Positions 25,538-34,087 of a stretch of DNA of 64,000 bases are shown in pieces. Numbering within the stretch: the stretch's first letter is position 1; each line of letters starts with the position of its first letter. This DNA is from Pseudomonadota bacterium (GTDB taxonomy: Bacteria > Pseudomonadota > Gammaproteobacteria > Burkholderiales > UBA9220). The notes beneath the pieces are model-generated. The model was not told where the DNA came from. It did not search any database and saw nothing but the letters and a program-made list of their open reading frames with translations. The position numbers and the translations under genes were made by a program. The stretch covers positions 29 to 64,028 of the forward strand of contig JAJZVC010000012.1 of the NCBI GenBank assembly GCA_021845865.1, read 5' to 3'.

Positions 25538-25885
25538 TTAGAACTTCACCAGGATATCGTCGTCGAGAAGCATGTACTGGCACGCCAGACGCCACTCGGG
25601 GGCGACGTCGGTGACTTCGAGGCGCGCCAGTTCTTCCTTGCTCACCTTGCCGGAAAGCAGCAGCACGGTTTTTTCCTTTTCGGTCAGGTGCACGCCCTTG
25701 GGGCCCTTGCCCGAGAGGGGCAGCACCTGCACCGCGCAGGAGCCGCACTCGCCGTCCTGGCACTCGTAGTGGATGGGAACCTGATTCTCCTGGGCCACGG
25801 CGAGGAGGCTGCGGCGGTCGCCGGCCACGGCGTAGACCGTGATGTCCTTCTTCATGGCGGGGGAGCTGAATGTGATGTTGGCCAT
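25538..25885 (-). CDS. Plant-type [2Fe-2S] ferredoxin downstream of nifK
   Basis: MANITFSSPAMKKDITVY... with CQDGECGSCAV...LACQ cysteine pattern. AAGGAA RBS before ATG 25885. Confidence 0.8.
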   Translation of the reverse strand: MANITFSSPAMKKDITVYAVAGDRRSLLAVAQENQVPIHYECQDGECGSCAVQVLPLSGKGPKGVHLTEKEKTVLLLSGKVSKEELARLEVTDVAPEWRLACQYMLLDDDILVKF

Positions 25886-25911
25886 CGGCAATTCCTTTTC
25901 GCTCTGCGAAC

Positions 25912-25942
25912 AAAAACCCCGCCCCTCGTGAGGGGGGCGGGG
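25912..25942 (-). terminator. Terminator-like hairpin between nifK and the ferredoxin gene
   Basis: Minus strand CCCCGCCCC-loop-GGGGCGGGG followed by TTTTTG, 10 nt after the nifK stop. Confidence 0.6.
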
Positions 25943-25951
25943 CAACCCGGC

Positions 25952-27475
25952 TTAGCGGACGACGTCGAAGTCAATGTCGTCGCGGCTCTTGGCGTCCAGC
26001 TCGTCGAAGATCTTGTCCAGCACCTTCACCAGCACGTTCAGGCTGCCCTGATAACCCCAGATGGGGAAGCGGTGGTGATGGTGGCGGTCGAAGATCGGGA
26101 AGCCGATGCGGATCAGGGGCACGCCGCAATCACGCTCCAGGAGCTTGCCGTAGGTGCTGCCGATGAGGAACTCCACCGGCTCCGTGGCCAGCAGGGAACG
26201 CATGTGCCACAGGTCCTTGCCGGGATACAGCTTGGCTTCCTTGCCGAAGGGGCTGGCATCCAGCAGCTTCCGCATCTTCTCTTCCCAAGCCTTGGGCGCG
26301 TTGGTGCAGACGATGTGCACCGGTTCGGCGCCCATTTCCAGCAGGAAGGAAGTCAGGCCCATGGTCATGTCCGGGTCGCCGAAGAGGGCGAACTTCTTGC
26401 CGTGGAGGTAGGCCTGGGAGTCGGCCATGGCGTCCACCAGGCGGCCCCGCTCCTTCTCCAGCTCCTCGGGGATGGCCTTGCCGGTGATGCGGGACAGTTC
26501 CATCAGGAAGGCGTCGGTGGCGGCAACGCCGATGGGGCAGTTGAGCTCCACCACTTCCTGGCCGGTGCCGGCCACGTATTCCAGGGTCTTGGCGGCGCTG
26601 ATGCCCTGCATGGCGAAGGTGGCCTTGGCGTTGAGGGCCGCCGCGGCGTCCTCGAGCTTGGTGCCGCCATCGTACATGCGGAATTCGCCGTCGGCGGGGG
26701 TATCGAAGACGTCGCTGGGGTCGGAGAGGATGGTGTAGTCCACGCCCATCAGGCCCAGCATGCGCTTCAGTTCGCGGTTATTGCCGACGCAGTAGCCATC
26801 GAAGCCGCCGATGATGTTGACGCTGTTGCCGGCCTTGCGCTCCTTGCCTTCCCAGAAATGGGTCAGGATGCCCTTCATCATGTTGTCGTAGCCGGTGACA
26901 TGGCTGCCGACGAAGGACGGGGTGTGGGCGAAGGGCACGGGGAAGGATTCGGGAATCACTTCCTTCTGCTTGGCGGTCTTGATGAAGCTGTCCAGGTCGT
27001 CGCCGATCACTTCCGCCATGCAGGTGGTGGAGACGGCGATCATCTTCGGCTTGTACAGGGCGTAGGCGTTGGACAGGCCGTCCACCATGTTGTTGAGGCC
27101 GCCGAACACCGCCGCGTCCTCGGTCATGGAGTCGGAGACGCAGGAGCTGGGCTCCTTGAAGTGGCGGTTGAAGTGGCTGCGGAAGTAGGCCACGCAGCCC
27201 TGGGAACCGTGCACGTAGGGCAGGGTGCCCTCGAAGCCGGCGGCGGCAAGCACCGCACCCAGCGGCTGGCAGGCCTTGGCGGGGTTGATGGTGAGGGCTT
27301 CGCGCTTGAAGTTGATCTCGCGGTATTCCCAGCTCTTGGTCCAATCCTCGACTTCCTTGACCTTGGCGTCGGGAACGGCGTCTTCAAACACCTTCTTGGC
27401 TTCGACCAGGGCCTTGTACTCCGGCTCCTTGAAGAGCTGGTTGTGGTCGAGAACGCTAGCGGCATTCTGTGGCAT
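25952..27475 (-). CDS. nifK: Nitrogenase MoFe protein beta chain NifK
   Basis: 507 aa with [46 protein letters not shown]. Confidence 0.95.
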   Translation of the reverse strand: MPQNAASVLDHNQLFKEPEYKALVEAKKVFEDAVPDAKVKEVEDWTKSWEYREINFKREALTINPAKACQPLGAVLAAAGFEGTLPYVHGSQGCVAYFRSHFNRHFKEPSSCVSDSMTEDAAVFGGLNNMVDGLSNAYALYKPKMIAVSTTCMAEVIGDDLDSFIKTAKQKEVIPESFPVPFAHTPSFVGSHVTGYDNMMKGILTHFWEGKERKAGNSVNIIGGFDGYCVGNNRELKRMLGLMGVDYTILSDPSDVFDTPADGEFRMYDGGTKLEDAAAALNAKATFAMQGISAAKTLEYVAGTGQEVVELNCPIGVAATDAFLMELSRITGKAIPEELEKERGRLVDAMADSQAYLHGKKFALFGDPDMTMGLTSFLLEMGAEPVHIVCTNAPKAWEEKMRKLLDASPFGKEAKLYPGKDLWHMRSLLATEPVEFLIGSTYGKLLERDCGVPLIRIGFPIFDRHHHHRFPIWGYQGSLNVLVKVLDKIFDELDAKSRDDIDFDVVR

Positions 27476-27581
27476 GGTGATTCTCCTTTCATGAGCGGGT
27501 TTGACTCTTGCGCCAGCCCGCCGGTTGGCAGAGGGCGTCAGGTTGCCGTCCTAGGCGCGCCCCTGCTCCAGATTTACCTCG

Positions 27582-27609
27582 CCCTCCCCCTCCCGCGGGA
27601 GAGGAAGGG
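27582..27609 (-). other. Imperfect hairpin in the 142-nt nifD-nifK spacer
   Basis: CCCTCCCCCTCCC-GC-GGGAGAGGAAGGG. The two mismatches become G:U pairs in one orientation. Confidence 0.4.
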
Positions 27610-27617
27610 ACAGGGAG

Positions 27618-29051
27618 TTACTTCTTCCAGGGAGCCTTGTTCATGCTCCACACCGGGCTGTTGATGGCCATGTCCATGTCGCGGGCGAAAATGGCGAAGC
27701 CGTCGTAGCCGTGATAGGGGCCGGAGTAGTCCCAGGAGTGCATCTGACGGAAGGGCACGCCCATCTTCTGGAAGATGTACTTTTCCTTCACGCCGGAGCC
27801 CACCAGGTCGGGCCGGATCTTGTCGACGAAGTGCTCCAGTTCGAAGCCGGTGACATCGTCGTAGATCAGGGTGCCGTCCTTCACGTAGTGGGTGGTGCGC
27901 TGGTAGTCGTCGCCGTGGGCGAACTCGTAACCGGCGCCGACCACTTCCATGCCCAGGTCCTCATAGGCGCCCACCACGTGACGGGGACGCAGGCCGCCGA
28001 CGTAGAGCATCACGGTCTTCTTGTCCAAACGCGGCTTGTACTTGGCGATCACCGCGTCCACCATGGGCTGGTACTTGGCGATCACCTTCTCGGCGCCTTC
28101 CTTGATCTTGTCGTCGAAGTGGCTGGCGATTTCCCGCAAGCTGGCGGCGATCTTGGTGGGGCCGAAGAAGTTGTACTCCACCCAGGGAATGCCGTACTTC
28201 TCTTCCATGTGGCGGGAGATGTAGTTCATGGAACGGTAGCAGTGCAGGAGGTTGAGCTTGACCTTGGGGGTCTTCTCCATTTCCTTCAGGGTGCCGTCGC
28301 CGGACCACTGGGCCACCACGCGCAGGCCCATCTCCTCCAGAAGAATCCGGGAGGACCAGGCGTCGCCGCCGATGTTGTAGTCGCCGATGATGGCCACGTC
28401 GTAGGGGCCGGCCTCATGGGTGGACTCGGCCTTGTCCAGCACCCAGTCGCGCACCTGGTCGTTGGCGATGTGGTGCCCCAGGGATTGGGACACGCCGCGG
28501 AAGCCTTCGCAACGCACCGGAACGATGGTCTTGCCGATTTCCTTGGTCTTCTTCTTCGACACCGCCTCGATGTCGTCGCCGATCAGGCCGATGGGGCACT
28601 CGGACTGGATGGAGATGCCGTTGGCCAGGGGGAACAGGGTGGTGATTTCGTCGATCAGCTTGTCCAGCTTCTTGTCGCCGCCGAAGACGATGTCCTTTTC
28701 CTGGAAATCGGACGTGACCTGCATGCCGACGAAGCTGTTCACCCCGGTGATGCCGCCGTAGTAGTTGCGGCGGGTGCCCCAGGAATACTGGCCGCAGCCC
28801 ACGGGACCGTGGGAGATGTGGACCATGTCCTTGATGGGCCCCCACACCACGCCCTTGGAACCGGCGTAGGCGCAGCCGCGGATGGTCATCACCCCCGGCA
28901 GGGACTTGATGTTGGATTTCACGCCGCAGTCGGGCTTGCCTTCCTCGTACACGTTGAGGTGCTTGGCCCGCTTTTTGGCTGCCTTTTCCGGATACATGGC
29001 CAGGGCTTCCTGGATCAGCTCCTGGTTCCGGGCTTTGGTTTCTGCACTCAT
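27618..29051 (-). CDS. nifD: Nitrogenase MoFe protein alpha chain NifD
   Basis: 477 aa with [13 protein letters not shown] and [32 protein letters not shown]. Confidence 0.95.
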   Translation of the reverse strand: MSAETKARNQELIQEALAMYPEKAAKKRAKHLNVYEEGKPDCGVKSNIKSLPGVMTIRGCAYAGSKGVVWGPIKDMVHISHGPVGCGQYSWGTRRNYYGGITGVNSFVGMQVTSDFQEKDIVFGGDKKLDKLIDEITTLFPLANGISIQSECPIGLIGDDIEAVSKKKTKEIGKTIVPVRCEGFRGVSQSLGHHIANDQVRDWVLDKAESTHEAGPYDVAIIGDYNIGGDAWSSRILLEEMGLRVVAQWSGDGTLKEMEKTPKVKLNLLHCYRSMNYISRHMEEKYGIPWVEYNFFGPTKIAASLREIASHFDDKIKEGAEKVIAKYQPMVDAVIAKYKPRLDKKTVMLYVGGLRPRHVVGAYEDLGMEVVGAGYEFAHGDDYQRTTHYVKDGTLIYDDVTGFELEHFVDKIRPDLVGSGVKEKYIFQKMGVPFRQMHSWDYSGPYHGYDGFAIFARDMDMAINSPVWSMNKAPWKK

Positions 29052-29073
29052 TTCAAACTCCTATCGCTTAGAT

Positions 29074-29188
29074 AAGGATGAAGGCGGAAGGATGAAGGAT
29101 GAAGTTCGGTGCGGCGGCGCCGCGATTTCCTGAAAAGTGCCCACGCAGCGGACCACCCTTCATCCTTTCTCCTTCATCCCTCATCCTT
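29074..29188. repeat. GGATGAA-unit inverted-repeat element, copy 2 (fills the nifH-nifD spacer)
   Basis: Arms AAGGATGAAGGCGGAAGGATGAAGGATGAAG and CTTCATCCTTTCTCCTTCATCCCTCATCCTT around a loop of about 53 nt containing GCAGCGGAC. Confidence 0.8.
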
Positions 29189-29195
29189 GCCCTGA

Positions 29196-30083
<888 letters not shown>

Positions 30084-30135
30084 TCAGGATGATGTTTGCA
30101 AACCGGACCAAATCGCTTTGGTTGCCCCCCTTTCT

Positions 30136-30150
30136 GCAACGACCGTGCCA
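30136..30150 (-). promoter_or_regulatory. Sigma54 promoter of nifHDK
   Basis: Minus strand reads TGGCACGGTCGTTGC, an exact TGGCAC-N5-TTGC. Confidence 0.8.
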
Positions 30151-30229
30151 GCCCCGAAAAAAATCTTTAACGCATTGAATATATGCGACTAAAAATTTTC
30201 GCCGACGGTTTTGCCTGCCTGTCGCAAAG

Positions 30230-30245
30230 CTGACAAAACCCTGAC
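30230..30245 (-). promoter_or_regulatory. NifA-type UAS (TGT-N10-ACA)
   Basis: TGTCGCAAAGCTGACA, about 90 bp upstream of the nifH promoter, with an AT-rich stretch between them. Confidence 0.65.
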
Positions 30246-30347
30246 GGCTGTAGGAAAAAGGCCACCGCCCGCCTTTTCCGACAAAAACAAAATTTCCTTT
30301 AAAAACAATAAAAACACATCGGGAATAGTTATTGCTCCCGTAGGGTT

Positions 30348-31169
30348 ATGACACAGGAAACAGGCCACCCCGGCTTCGCGGGACACAGCACCAACCTGGT
30401 CGGCATCCCAACCGGGCTGCTGGCCAGCGCCACGTTCAACGACTATCCCCTCGCCCTGCATATCAACGGCGTGCGGGAAATGAACAAGGTGCTGTTCGAG
30501 ATGCTGGAGCGCTCGGTCAGCGCGGAGGATGCGTCGGAAGCGTTCCAAAGCTACATGGGCGCCCTATTCGGCCTGGATCTGGAGCAGCGGGTGAAACAGT
30601 CGAACAGCAACCGCCGCTTCAAGAGCAGCTTCCTGCGCCTGCTGCAGGGTTGGGGTTTCGACTCCAACGGGCCGGAAGGGGCGGTGCTGAAAGGCTGGGT
30701 GGAAAGCCGCTTTGGGCTCTTCCCCAGCTTCCATAAGACGCCCCTGGCCCGCTACCCGTCGAAGGCGTGGGTGGCCTACGTGGAAGAAAAGATGTCGAGC
30801 CGCTTCCACAACAACAGCATCAATTTGCAGCTCGACCTGCTGTACGAATACTGCCAGTGGGCCCTGGGGCGACACTTCGCGCCGGGCAGGAAGCACCTGG
30901 CCCTGTACCGTGGGGTGAACGGCTTCGAGGAGCACGCCATCGTCGAGCACCTGGAAAAGAACACCGCCGTGGTGCGGCAGAACAACCTGGTGTCGTTCAC
31001 CAGCGACCGCAGCCGGGCCGATGAATTCGGCGACTGCATCCTGGAGGCCCAGGTGCCAACGGTGAAGATTCTGTTTTTCAACGCCCTGATCGCGGGCACC
31101 ACCCTCAAGGGCGAGGGGGAATACCTGGTGATCGGCGGCGACTACAAGGTCCGTTTCAGTTACTTTTAA
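30348..31169 (+). CDS. draT: NAD+-dinitrogen-reductase ADP-ribosyltransferase DraT
   Basis: 273 aa with GHSTNLVGIPTGLLASATFNDYPLALHINGVREMN. Divergent from nifH, with draG downstream. Confidence 0.85.
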   Translation: MTQETGHPGFAGHSTNLVGIPTGLLASATFNDYPLALHINGVREMNKVLFEMLERSVSAEDASEAFQSYMGALFGLDLEQRVKQSNSNRRFKSSFLRLLQGWGFDSNGPEGAVLKGWVESRFGLFPSFHKTPLARYPSKAWVAYVEEKMSSRFHNNSINLQLDLLYEYCQWALGRHFAPGRKHLALYRGVNGFEEHAIVEHLEKNTAVVRQNNLVSFTSDRSRADEFGDCILEAQVPTVKILFFNALIAGTTLKGEGEYLVIGGDYKVRFSYF

Positions 31170-31190
31170 CCCACCCTAAGGAGCACGACC

Positions 31191-31772
31191 ATGACCGACT
31201 ACCTCTCCTCCCCCCTCGGCAAGCTGGAAGGCGCCGAACGCCTGCTGTCCCCCGTGTGCAAGGGCGCCACCAAGAAGGCGGGCCGCTTCGGCTTCCGCGG
31301 CGAGATCGCCCTCAAGCTGGCGGAAAGCACCGCCGGCGAGAAGCGCCCCCCCGAAGTGAAGACCGACCAGGTATTCATGACCACCGAGGGCGACAAGGTG
31401 ACCTTCTACGCCTCCTACGTGGACTCCATCGAATCCCTGGGTCTCATCGCCGACATGCTGGAGCCCTGGCTCGCCGCCGACGGCAAGTACTTCGTTTGGG
31501 CCAGCAATATCGACCTGCTGAAGAAGTACGAAGTGGCAATGAAGGGCGCCACCTTCTACGCCTTCCCCCTGGATGAGGGCACCGTGTACAACGAGCTGCT
31601 GGACCTGCTGTACCTGGAAAAGGGCGACCTGAAAAAGGCCAGCATGGAAGAAAAGCTCGACATCCTCACCGACACCGCCAAGAACTACAAGGGCGGCCTA
31701 CCCAAGGCCGGCTTCGAACAGGTGGTGGCGGAAATGGGGCCGGTGAAGGTGTATGACAACCGGCCGGTCTAA
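31191..31772 (+). CDS. Uncharacterised 193-aa protein encoded between draT and draG
   Basis: AAGGAG RBS, 21 nt after the draT stop. MTDYLSSPLGKLEGAERLLSPVCKG... No family recognised. Confidence 0.7.
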   Translation: MTDYLSSPLGKLEGAERLLSPVCKGATKKAGRFGFRGEIALKLAESTAGEKRPPEVKTDQVFMTTEGDKVTFYASYVDSIESLGLIADMLEPWLAADGKYFVWASNIDLLKKYEVAMKGATFYAFPLDEGTVYNELLDLLYLEKGDLKKASMEEKLDILTDTAKNYKGGLPKAGFEQVVAEMGPVKVYDNRPV

Positions 31773-31777
31773 AAGGC

Positions 31778-31866
31778 AAGGATGAAGGCGAAAGGATGAA
31801 GGATGAATAAACCCCAGACCGCGCAGCGGACATCTCTTCATCCTTCATCCCTCATCCTTCATCCTT
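31778..31866. repeat. GGATGAA-unit inverted-repeat element, copy 3 (orf-draG junction)
   Basis: Arms AAGGATGAAGGCGAAAGGATGAAGGATGAA (30/31 identical to the copy 2 left arm) and CTTCATCCTTCATCCCTCATCCTTCATCCTT. Loop contains GCAGCGGAC. Confidence 0.8.
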
Positions 31867-32741
31867 CAGTGCGCGAACGCGCACTCGGCGCCTACCTCGG
31901 CCTCGCCTGCGGCGACGCCCTGGGCGCGACCGTGGAGTTCCTCACCGCCCGGGAAATCAAGGCTCAGTTCGGCGTCCACAAGGAGCTGAGCGGGGGCGGC
32001 TGGCTGCGGCTCAAACCCGGCCAGGTCACCGACGATACCGAGATGTCCCTCTATCTCGGCCAAGCCATCCTCGACTCCAAGGGCTGGAACCTCGCCGCCG
32101 TGGCCGATGCCTTCGTCGCCTGGCTCAAATCCAAGCCGGTGGACGTGGGCGCCACCTGCCGCCGGGGAATCCGCCGCTACATGCTGCAAGGCGCCGTCCA
32201 CGGCCCGGAATCGGACACCGACGGCGGCAACGGCGCCGCCATGCGCAACCTGCCGGTGGCCCTCTTCACCCTCGGCAACGACGACCTTCTGACGCGCTAC
32301 TCCCTGGAACAAGCCCACATCACCCACCATCACCCCCTGTCGGACGCGGGCACGCTGGCCCTGGGCCGCATGGTGCAGATGCTGCTGCGCGGAGGCGGGG
32401 TGAAGGGCTGCCGCCCCATCGCCAACCAGTTGCAGGAGGAACACCGCCAATTCAGGTTCGACCCCTACCCTGGCCGTGCGTCGGGCTACATCGTGGACAC
32501 GGTACAGACGGTGCTGCATCACTTTTTCTACACCGACTCCTTCGAATCCTGCGTGGTGGAAACCGTCAACCGCGGCGAGGACGCCGACACCACCGGCGCC
32601 CTGGCGGGGATGCTGGCGGGCGCCCTCTACGGCGCGTCGGCCATCCCGAAACGCTGGCTGAACAAGCTGGATTTCCACGTGGTGAAGCAAATCGAGCAGC
32701 AGGTGGACGGCCTGCTGCAGCTGGCCCCCGTTACGCGATGA
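31803..32741 (+). CDS. draG: ADP-ribosyl-[dinitrogen reductase] glycohydrolase DraG
   Basis: RALGAYLGLACGDALGATVEF, DDTEM, GGNGAAMR, GEDADTTGALAG. ATG 31803 lies inside the repeat element. GTG 31869 (VRERALGAY...) is the alternative start just after it. Confidence 0.85.
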   Translation: MNKPQTAQRTSLHPSSLILHPSVRERALGAYLGLACGDALGATVEFLTAREIKAQFGVHKELSGGGWLRLKPGQVTDDTEMSLYLGQAILDSKGWNLAAVADAFVAWLKSKPVDVGATCRRGIRRYMLQGAVHGPESDTDGGNGAAMRNLPVALFTLGNDDLLTRYSLEQAHITHHHPLSDAGTLALGRMVQMLLRGGGVKGCRPIANQLQEEHRQFRFDPYPGRASGYIVDTVQTVLHHFFYTDSFESCVVETVNRGEDADTTGALAGMLAGALYGASAIPKRWLNKLDFHVVKQIEQQVDGLLQLAPVTR

Positions 32742-32967
32742 TGGAATCTTGCTCCCATTGGGACCAATGGTCGCAGTGCTTGCGCACGGGCTTTACTTCA
32801 GGATTCAGGCTGTCCCGGTTGCACAAGCCGGCATTCAGCACCGTAAACACCATGGTTGCCGGCCTGCCGTACAGCGTTTCGACTATTTTTCTCTCGCCTT
32901 CCCAGTTGCCGCAGGTAATGCAAAGCTTCTCGTTGATTCTTTTCAGCAGCATATCCCCCTCGTTCAT
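32731..32967 (-). CDS. Possible small Cys-rich protein in a lower-GC patch
   Basis: MNEGDMLLKRINEKLCITCGNWEGERK...CNRD...KHCDHW. SD-like GAGGGGGA sits before the internal ATG 32952. Its 3' end overlaps the draG 3' end by 11 nt. Weak support. Confidence 0.3.
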   Translation of the reverse strand: MNEGDMLLKRINEKLCITCGNWEGERKIVETLYGRPATMVFTVLNAGLCNRDSLNPEVKPVRKHCDHWSQWEQDSIIA

Positions 32968-33111
32968 GAACCCTTTCGTTCGGAACGACTTTCCCGGATC
33001 TGCTGGGACAGCACTCCATCGATAAGTACTTTCACCTATCCCGGCCATTCTAAACCCATCAATTTCCCTTTGCCAACAATTTGTTAGTTGTTTCCCTGGA
33101 AAGCACGCACC

Positions 33112-33552
33112 ATGGCCAAAATCATCTTCTATGAAAAACCGGGCTGCGGCGGCAACGCCAAACAGAAGGCCCTGCTGACGGCAGCGGGCCACGAGCTGGA
33201 AGTACGCGACCTGCTCGGCCACCCCTGGACGGAATCGGAATTGATGCGCTTCTTTGGCGCCCGCCCGGTGGCGGACTGGTTCAACCGCTCCGCCCCCCGC
33301 ATCAAGAACGGCTCCCTGGCGCCGGAGCGAATGACAGCCGCCGAGGCCATCGCCGCCATGCTGGCCGACCCCTTGCTGATCCGCCGCCCCCTCCTGGAAT
33401 CCGGCGACCGCAGGGAAGCGGGTTTCGATACCGCTCTCATCGCCGCCTGGCTCGGCCCGCTGCCCTCCGAGGACGTGAAGGAGGGCTGTCCCAAGGGCGC
33501 GGACGGAAAACCCTGTCCGGCGACCGGCGCTCCTTCAGCCGATATCGCATGA
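33112..33552 (+). CDS. ArsC/Spx-fold nitrogenase-associated protein
   Basis: MAKIIFYEKPGCGGNAKQKALLTAAGHELEVRDLL...LIRRPLL. Matches my recollection of the ArsC-like nitrogenase-associated family. Confidence 0.7.
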   Translation: MAKIIFYEKPGCGGNAKQKALLTAAGHELEVRDLLGHPWTESELMRFFGARPVADWFNRSAPRIKNGSLAPERMTAAEAIAAMLADPLLIRRPLLESGDRREAGFDTALIAAWLGPLPSEDVKEGCPKGADGKPCPATGAPSADIA

Positions 33553-33580
33553 AAAAGGGCCGTCCCGCGACGGCCCTCTT
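33553..33580. terminator. Bidirectional terminator hairpin
   Basis: AAAAAGGGCCGTC-CCGC-GACGGCCC between convergent genes. The T-run is on the minus strand. Confidence 0.6.
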
Positions 33581-33604
33581 GCCTTCCCGCGCCACAAGCC
33601 AGGG

Positions 33605-33976
33605 TTACCGAGCGCCGGGTTTTCCCTTGCCGTCCCAAGCCTGCCCCACGTCCCGAGAGGTGCGCTCCCAGCGTTCCTGGGCCGCCTTCCGGCGGGCCTG
33701 GGCGTCGACGAGATTCTTTCTCGCCTGCTCCAACTTGCGGGCGGCTTCTTCGGCACGCTGCCGGGCCTGCTGTTCCTGGCGCTCGGCTTCCGCCACATCC
33801 TGCTCGGCGCGGCGCACCTGCAGTTCGGCGTCGTCCATCTGCTTCCAGGCAAAATCCGCGCGGCGCTGGGCGGCCTCGACACGGTCGCCCGCCACCTCTC
33901 GCTCCTCCACCGGCGCGGCGGCCCAGGCTTGGCTGGCCGCGAGCAGGCACGTCAGGAGAAACAGTTTTGTTTTCAT
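33605..33976 (-). CDS. Secreted coiled-coil protein
   Basis: MKTKLFLLTCLLAASQAWA signal peptide, then a charged heptad-like sequence (AEQDVAEAERQEQQARQRAEEAARKLEQARKNL). Confidence 0.65.
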   Translation of the reverse strand: MKTKLFLLTCLLAASQAWAAAPVEEREVAGDRVEAAQRRADFAWKQMDDAELQVRRAEQDVAEAERQEQQARQRAEEAARKLEQARKNLVDAQARRKAAQERWERTSRDVGQAWDGKGKPGAR

Positions 33977-34042
33977 GGAATTCTTGCGCATCGTGGTAGC
34001 GATAATAACCGCATATGGCTCATAGACAAAGAGAAGGGCATG

Positions 34043-34070
34043 AAAAAGCCCCTTCCGGCAGGAAGGGGCT
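34043..34070 (-). terminator. Rho-independent terminator after the FliD-like gene
   Basis: Minus strand AGCCCCTTCC-TGCC-GGAAGGGGCT followed by TTTTT. Confidence 0.7.
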
Positions 34071-34087
34071 TTGCCGCAGCGCCATTC

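Noticed and set aside
25688-27664. 658-aa plus-strand ORF
   Set aside because: It is antisense to nifK and is a shadow ORF.
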